Positions 58,749-64,000 of a stretch of DNA of 64,000 nucleotides are shown one piece after another. The position numbers and the translations under genes are program-made. Origin of the DNA: Epithemia pelagica (Eukaryota > Protista > Bacillariophyta); the NCBI GenBank assembly GCA_946965045.2, contig OX337237.1:2852001-2916000 (forward strand), written 5' to 3'. Below the pieces are notes generated by a model. That model was not told the origin of the DNA, made no database searches, and was given only the letters and a program-made list of their open reading frames with translations. How positions within the stretch are numbered: the stretch's first letter is position 1; every line of letters begins with the position of its first letter.

Positions 58749-58857
58749 GGACGAGGCGAAAGCTTCTCACACAGCCGGGGGACAAACGAGGCAGCGGACG
58801 AGGCGAAAGCTTCTCACACAGCCGGGGAGACAAACGAGGCAGCGCCGGACGAGGCGA
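58749..58857. repeat. GC-rich ~47-bp tandem repeat (2 full copies plus a partial)
   Basis: GGACGAGGCGAAAGCTTCTCACACAGCCGGGG(A)GACAAACGAGGCAGC at 58749 and 58796, partial at 58847. Confidence 0.85.
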
Positions 58858-59473
58858 CCACAGAACAGTGCACAACGTGAAGCACTGCTATTTCCCGAGA
58901 TACAGGCACCGCGTACGTGATGTTTTTGGATAATCTGTTTGTGTTATACCTATGCTATCGATCTGGCGCTTTACATCACGTACCAGCGGCATGTGACGGC
59001 TATGGTGACCGGAAGCGGTTGCATTTGTTTTTGTTTTCGTATATCATCACGAAATTATGTGAGGAACAGGAAAACCTCAACATGTCCGCACCGCTAGATT
59101 ACTATGAAATAATATGTACGATAGAAAAGGGAGTAATTACAAAATTGGTACACAATTTTTGTACTGTAATAGACTAGGTATGTGAGGCGCGAAGCCAGGT
59201 CATTTTGCGTCCGTATCTTTTTTCGTTGGATCAATCGTGCTTCCGTGAAAATGGACGAGAGAGACAACAACCAACCAACCATCAAATGGAATTGTAACCC
59301 CTTCCATATAGGTCGGTTGTCTGTTGTCTCGTTTCTTTCCTGGAAGAACTCGACGTTTTTCGTAGTGAAGAAAGAGGGGTGGTGTGGAACCAAGCTAGAC
59401 AACTTCCTGGCGACATCCAAAGCAAAAGAAAGGAAACCAAACCTGTGGATCGACTCCAGAATTCACCGTGATC

Positions 59474-60328
59474 ATGTCTGCTTCTCCTCCTCAAGGCCGG
59501 AGTGCTCCGGTCCATTCATCTGCTCCCATTAGCATGGCATCAGTTCATTCCTTTTATGGGGCCCTGCAGTCTTCTCCTGCCTACAGTGGCGATCGATTTG
59601 GTCGTCGTCTCATGTATCGATTTGTCAGTTTGGCCTTTTGGGTGGCTGGCTTGATTCCAGTGGCGATTCTCCTTTTCGTTTCTCTCTCAGTCTCGGGTGG
59701 CATGGACAATGACCAGAATCGGTTCATGTCCTTTACCTGGCCACGTGTGATTTGGGCCGTGTGCACATGGCAAGCAGTCGGTGCCGCAATCGTTTATTAC
59801 ATGAATCAATATCGCATGGCCTTGTTTGATCCACCGAATGCCCTGGCACGGACGGACGATCGTATTACCATGATTTTAATTGTCGGTGCCACTTGTTTTT
59901 CCGATGGCCTCGTTACATCGACTCAATTTCAACGCTTGTGTTGGGGAGAAATTGGTCGCGATACTGGCTTTGGGATGGGCCTGGTGGGTTCCGGTTGGTT
60001 GTTTACCATGTATTTGGATGTGCGCGACCAAGATTCGAATTCTGGCAACAACAAGAAGAGTGATCCTAGTTTTTGGGATATTCTCGTCATGTTTTCCTGC
60101 GCATTGCCCATGGCAGCATGGTATTATCTGTTTCGAACCGTCCATCGGACCTGGTGTCGTGGTCGCCGAGGTCCTGTAAGTTCCTTGTCCGAACCTTACG
60201 GGAGTGTGGCCGATACCGAAGGTATGGACGAGGACGAAGAAATGAGGGCTGGAGTGGACGGCAATGAAGAAAACTACGACGAGTCTCCCAATCCACAGCC
60301 ACAAGACCGCAGCTTGGAACTGACGTAG
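59474..60328 (+). CDS. Hypothetical multi-pass membrane protein (~285 aa)
   Basis: ATG ORF with about five hydrophobic segments (FVSLAFWVAGLIPVAILLFVSL, VIWAVCTWQAVGAAIVYY, ILIVGATCF, FGMGLVGSGWLFTMYL, ILVMFSCALPMAAWYYLF) and an acidic tail. Confidence 0.6.
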   Translation: MSASPPQGRSAPVHSSAPISMASVHSFYGALQSSPAYSGDRFGRRLMYRFVSLAFWVAGLIPVAILLFVSLSVSGGMDNDQNRFMSFTWPRVIWAVCTWQAVGAAIVYYMNQYRMALFDPPNALARTDDRITMILIVGATCFSDGLVTSTQFQRLCWGEIGRDTGFGMGLVGSGWLFTMYLDVRDQDSNSGNNKKSDPSFWDILVMFSCALPMAAWYYLFRTVHRTWCRGRRGPVSSLSEPYGSVADTEGMDEDEEMRAGVDGNEENYDESPNPQPQDRSLELT

Positions 60329-60519
60329 TAGTCAAGTATATCAACTACGGGTATCATCATCGGCAGATAGTGCATGACGACAAAGGCAGATTCAGTCGCA
60401 AATTTTAGATAGTCCGAGTTACATTTCGAGTCGTATAGGTAGATCGGCGTGTTGGAGAATCAACTCTCGAAGCTAGGAACATTACTCTTCTGACCCTAGT
60501 ACATTGGACTTACATCAAA

Positions 60520-60775
60520 TGCATCACGCGGATGACTCAGAAAGGAACATCCATTCCGTACTCAGAGACTTGGGACAGCAGCCAGAGCAACACGGACAAA
60601 CCAACATTTCACAATCAGCAACAAAAACTGGTGTGAGTCCTTCCCACTGCCCCACAGAGCGGCATGTCACCAGTCAACTTGTTGTACAGGACATAACGAG
60701 CTCTAAGAGCAGGCAGTGTGGTCAGAGAACCTGGTTTGGAAACTTGCAACCTTCAACCTTGGATCATCCTGAGGA
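60520..60775 (-). pseudogene. Second spare LRR C-terminal cap remnant
   Basis: Clearly homologous at DNA level to 28860..29090 (PGSL...LTGDMPLCGAVGRT...ADCEMLVCPCCSGCCP); extra T in a T run shifts the frame. Confidence 0.8.
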
Positions 60776-61071
60776 GGTAAAAGACGAATCTAGTGACTCA
60801 GCTCTCGTCTTCGGGTTCCGATGTTGCAGTCAAAATCGCGCCCGTCAAGTACAGACGCTTCTCGTCGGTAGAAGGGGAATCCTTTTTCGTACAAGTCTGA
60901 CCTGACTTACACAATGGGAAGGTTTGAGGAACGTTGGTACGATTTAAGCAGGCCACATGGAACTCCCCGAGAGGCCCGAATATGCGATTCAGATGCGCAG
61001 AGGACACCTCCGCGCCGCCAAGGATGAAGCAAAGAATGCAAAAAAAAGGGATCGGGCAGATACAACAAGTT

Positions 61072-62880
61072 TTAGGCCTGGCACGATGCGTCGTCGAATA
61101 CAGGAATTGGGCCACCAGATCCGGGGCAGTAAAACGTGCAACACAGACAGGATACTTTCTCGCAATCAGCTACAATGGAGAGATAGGATCCACGCTCTTT
61201 TACACACAACGGCATGGTACCGGAAACGTTCGTTTGGTGCACCAACAACTGATTCAGCCGGGGCATGGTAGCCATGAGCGCCGGAAGAGGTCCACCCAAA
61301 CGAGGATTGTTGTACAAAAACAGAGAAACCAGATTCGAGAGTTGCGTTACATTTTCCGAGATTGTTCCAGTCAAGTTATTCATCGAAAGATCGAGTCGTG
61401 TCAGATCTGTCAATCTCCAAAGTTCCTCCGGTATCGGACCCTCAAACTCGTTCAAGGAGAAATCCAACTCCGTCAGTTGACCCAACTCTCCAATGCTTCC
61501 TGGAATTGGTCCTGTAAAGGAATTATTGGTAAACTCGAGATACCTTAGCTTTCTCAAGGCACCAAAGTTGCTTGGAATAGTCCTTCTCAACAGGTTGGAG
61601 GTAATACCAAACATTTCCAAGTTAGTCAACCGAGTTATTTGCTCTGGAATGGGTCCTGAAATCAAGTTGAGTCGGAAATTCAGTATCCTGAGTTGGCTCA
61701 TTTGTCCCATGCTCCTTGGTATAGTGCCGTTCAAAGCAGTGTTAAAAAAAACAGAAATTCAACGTTTGTAAAGCGTGCAATATCAGAGGGAATGGGCCCA
61801 GAAAGACGGGGATTGGAACTCAAATCAAACGATATTATGTTTGTCAATTGCCCAATGCCGGTCGGAATAACACCCGTAAACCCATTGCGTTCACCGACTA
61901 GAAATTTGAGGTTGGTCAAACTCGTAATCTCCTCTGGAATGGCCCCCGATAACTGGTTGTTGCTAAATTGCCAATCTTCCAGTTTTATCAAGTGAACGAT
62001 ACTGCTCGGAAGCGTCCCGTCTAAAAGATTGTTATCAAGGATCCACCATTCCAAATTCGTCAGGGTGCCTACCGCTTCAGGGATTGGTCCCGTCAAGGCA
62101 TTGCTTTGAAGATCCCAAACTTCCAAGTCCGTCAAGTATGTCATGCTGGACGGAATGGTCCCATAAAGCTCATTCTTGGACAAGCGCGAAATGGTCAAAT
62201 GTGACAAGAGGCCCACATCATGGGACAATTGTCCCTTGAGTCCTTGCTGGGTAATGGAGAATCGTCGTACCACATCCACTCGTTGCGCGCAGGAAATTAA
62301 GGTACAAAGGAGTTCCTCGGGCTGGTTGTTCGTCACGGTGGTGTTCTCCGTTCCTAAAATAAAGAACAGTTCCTCGCATTCGACCATGGCCCAGTCGCAT
62401 TCATGAGCATCCGTGAGCCACGCGGTTTGTGCCACACTGTTCCATTCGGAACCAGTGGTGAGTTGAAAAAACCACAACGTGGCCAAGGCATAGCGTTGCA
62501 AGATTCGTTTCGAATCGAGAAGAGGATCCAACGTAATGGCTACGGAATCCTGGTTCAAAATCCATGCCAAGGCTGCTTCTTCCGTGGTGGGATTGGTTGC
62601 CTCCGCAGATGGAAAGGACAAGGGTGTTGTCAACAGCGTTTGGTTTTGGATCAATTCCAGAATGCCTTGTTTTCGGGGATCCCAAGGAGTCGGTGCACTG
62701 GAGGGAACCATGGAGGGTTGCCCGGTTGGAGCCCATGACACGGTGGGAACCCCAGAGGGTACCAAAGAAACGGACTGTTGTGTTGTTGAGAAGAGGAGAC
62801 AGACTCGTTCGTCAGATTCCATGGTACGACAAAAACGGCAAGGACCACCACCACAATCACCACAACGGCCAGGCACACTC
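61072..62880 (-). pseudogene. TM-stalk-LRR receptor without a visible TIR, frameshifted
   Basis: TM CLAVVVIVVVVLAVFVV in ORF 62651..62878, shift near 62780 into 61731..62912 (DPRKQGIL...RILQRYALATLWF...WLTDAHECDW), shift in A8 run 61744-61751 into 61072..61734; cap ADCEKVSCLCCTFYC. Confidence 0.8.
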
Positions 62881-63038
62881 AATTGTTTCCACACCAAAAT
62901 CACGACACACATGCGACCCGACTACTCACCCCCTTGGGGAGGAAGACAAGACAAAGAGGCTCCAACAGCGCAAAAGCTCTCTATCGCTCTGCTATTGGAA
63001 TCCATAACCTTTTGTCGTCCATCGGCTTTTCATCATTC

Positions 63039-64000
63039 ATGGTACTCGCTGAACCACAAGAAGAACAAGAATCCAACCATTTCTTCCAGCAGCAGCAGCA
63101 GCAAGACGACCATTGTTCCACTTTGTCTGTCAAGATTGCCCTGTCGTCCTTGCGAAATGAGGTCGATTGGGACGCGATTATATCGCGATTGGTACCACCA
63201 GTACCATCGAAAAACGCCCAGGATGATGAAAACAGCAGTAGCAAGAATCATCATCATCATCAAGACCTGGAGCAAGATCCATTGGGTATAGCGACGGTCC
63301 AGTTGCCTCCAGCGGCATCGGTCTTAGTGCAACAAGCATGGAATGCCATTTATCCACTCCAGTCCGATGAAACGGATGAGGAATGTACCATTTCTCCACG
63401 CATGACTGCCTTTGATTGGTGGCAATCGAATCCGCAATGGATTCGTTTTGTCCAAGCCAATGATGATACAGCTCATTGCAATGGCTATCATCCTCACGCC
63501 GCTCACGATAGGACTACTAACACAACGACAACGACTGCAACATCCTCCTCCTCCTTGTCCAATCGGTACAATCAGTATCGACGCGGACTGGTCTTATCCA
63601 ATGGCATGCATACCTGTCCTCGACCCGACGACTATGCCATGCCGGACCACACATCTGCCGGCGCAGAGCGGAGAAAGGAATTGGATAGTGCCTTGACGGA
63701 TTTTTATATTATTCTGCATGCCATTTTGGATCATTTGTTGCACGCCTTGGCACGACATTGGCACTTGTCCTTGTCGGGGTACGCTAGTACCAATGAGGGA
63801 AGCAGCACCCATTGGTTTCAACACGTCATGGGACCGACGCGAGAACACAGTCAATGGCACGTGAAGGAATACATGACACCTGTTTACGACAAAGAAGACG
63901 ACATCACACCACAGGAATGGTTGCCGGCTCATACTGATCCTTCCTTGCTGTCCATTGTCATGCATCCTCATCGTCCTTCCAAACGCACGCGTACGACTCT
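63039..64000 (+). CDS. 2-oxoglutarate/Fe(II)-dependent oxygenase (IPNS-like), truncated by the window end
   Basis: Open frame from ATG 63039 to the end with no stop (so absent from the ORF track); WLPAHTDPSLLSIV is the HxD iron-binding motif. Confidence 0.7.
   Translation, partial: MVLAEPQEEQESNHFFQQQQQQDDHCSTLSVKIALSSLRNEVDWDAIISRLVPPVPSKNAQDDENSSSKNHHHHQDLEQDPLGIATVQLPPAASVLVQQAWNAIYPLQSDETDEECTISPRMTAFDWWQSNPQWIRFVQANDDTAHCNGYHPHAAHDRTTNTTTTTATSSSSLSNRYNQYRRGLVLSNGMHTCPRPDDYAMPDHTSAGAERRKELDSALTDFYIILHAILDHLLHALARHWHLSLSGYASTNEGSSTHWFQHVMGPTREHSQWHVKEYMTPVYDKEDDITPQEWLPAHTDPSLLSIVMHPHRPSKRTRTT

Overview
Eukaryotic window, most likely diatom (inferred from CoDi-type copia elements, a CRE-like LINE, a short GT-AG intron and diatom-style LRR genes with a C-terminal DCxxxxCxCCxxCC cap). 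It is a cluster of membrane LRR receptor genes heavily invaded by transposons. Two candidate systems stand out. (1) Receptors with reversed Toll-like architecture: N-terminal TIR (one copy with tandem TIR-TIR), a single TM, a Pro/Ser stalk and C-terminal LRRs. Every TIR keeps the WCLxEL glutamate used for NAD+ cleavage. (2) An intron-containing ~1355-aa RAG1/Transib-like DDE transposase lying tail-to-tail with a second gene inside candidate terminal inverted repeats. Other mobile elements: a three-gene PIF/Harbinger-like element; a 5.6-kb LTR element with identical LTRs but no long ORF; two inverted copies of one CoDi copia element with an extra upstream ORF (one splits the TIR-TIR receptor, one sits inside a CRE-like LINE). 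Both LTR families appear to prime on tRNA anticodon-loop fragments. Ordinary genes: VHL-like/HExxH metallopeptidase, TLDc protein, a multi-TM protein and a 2OG-Fe(II) oxygenase running off the right edge. All calls are from reading motifs by eye; no database searches were run.
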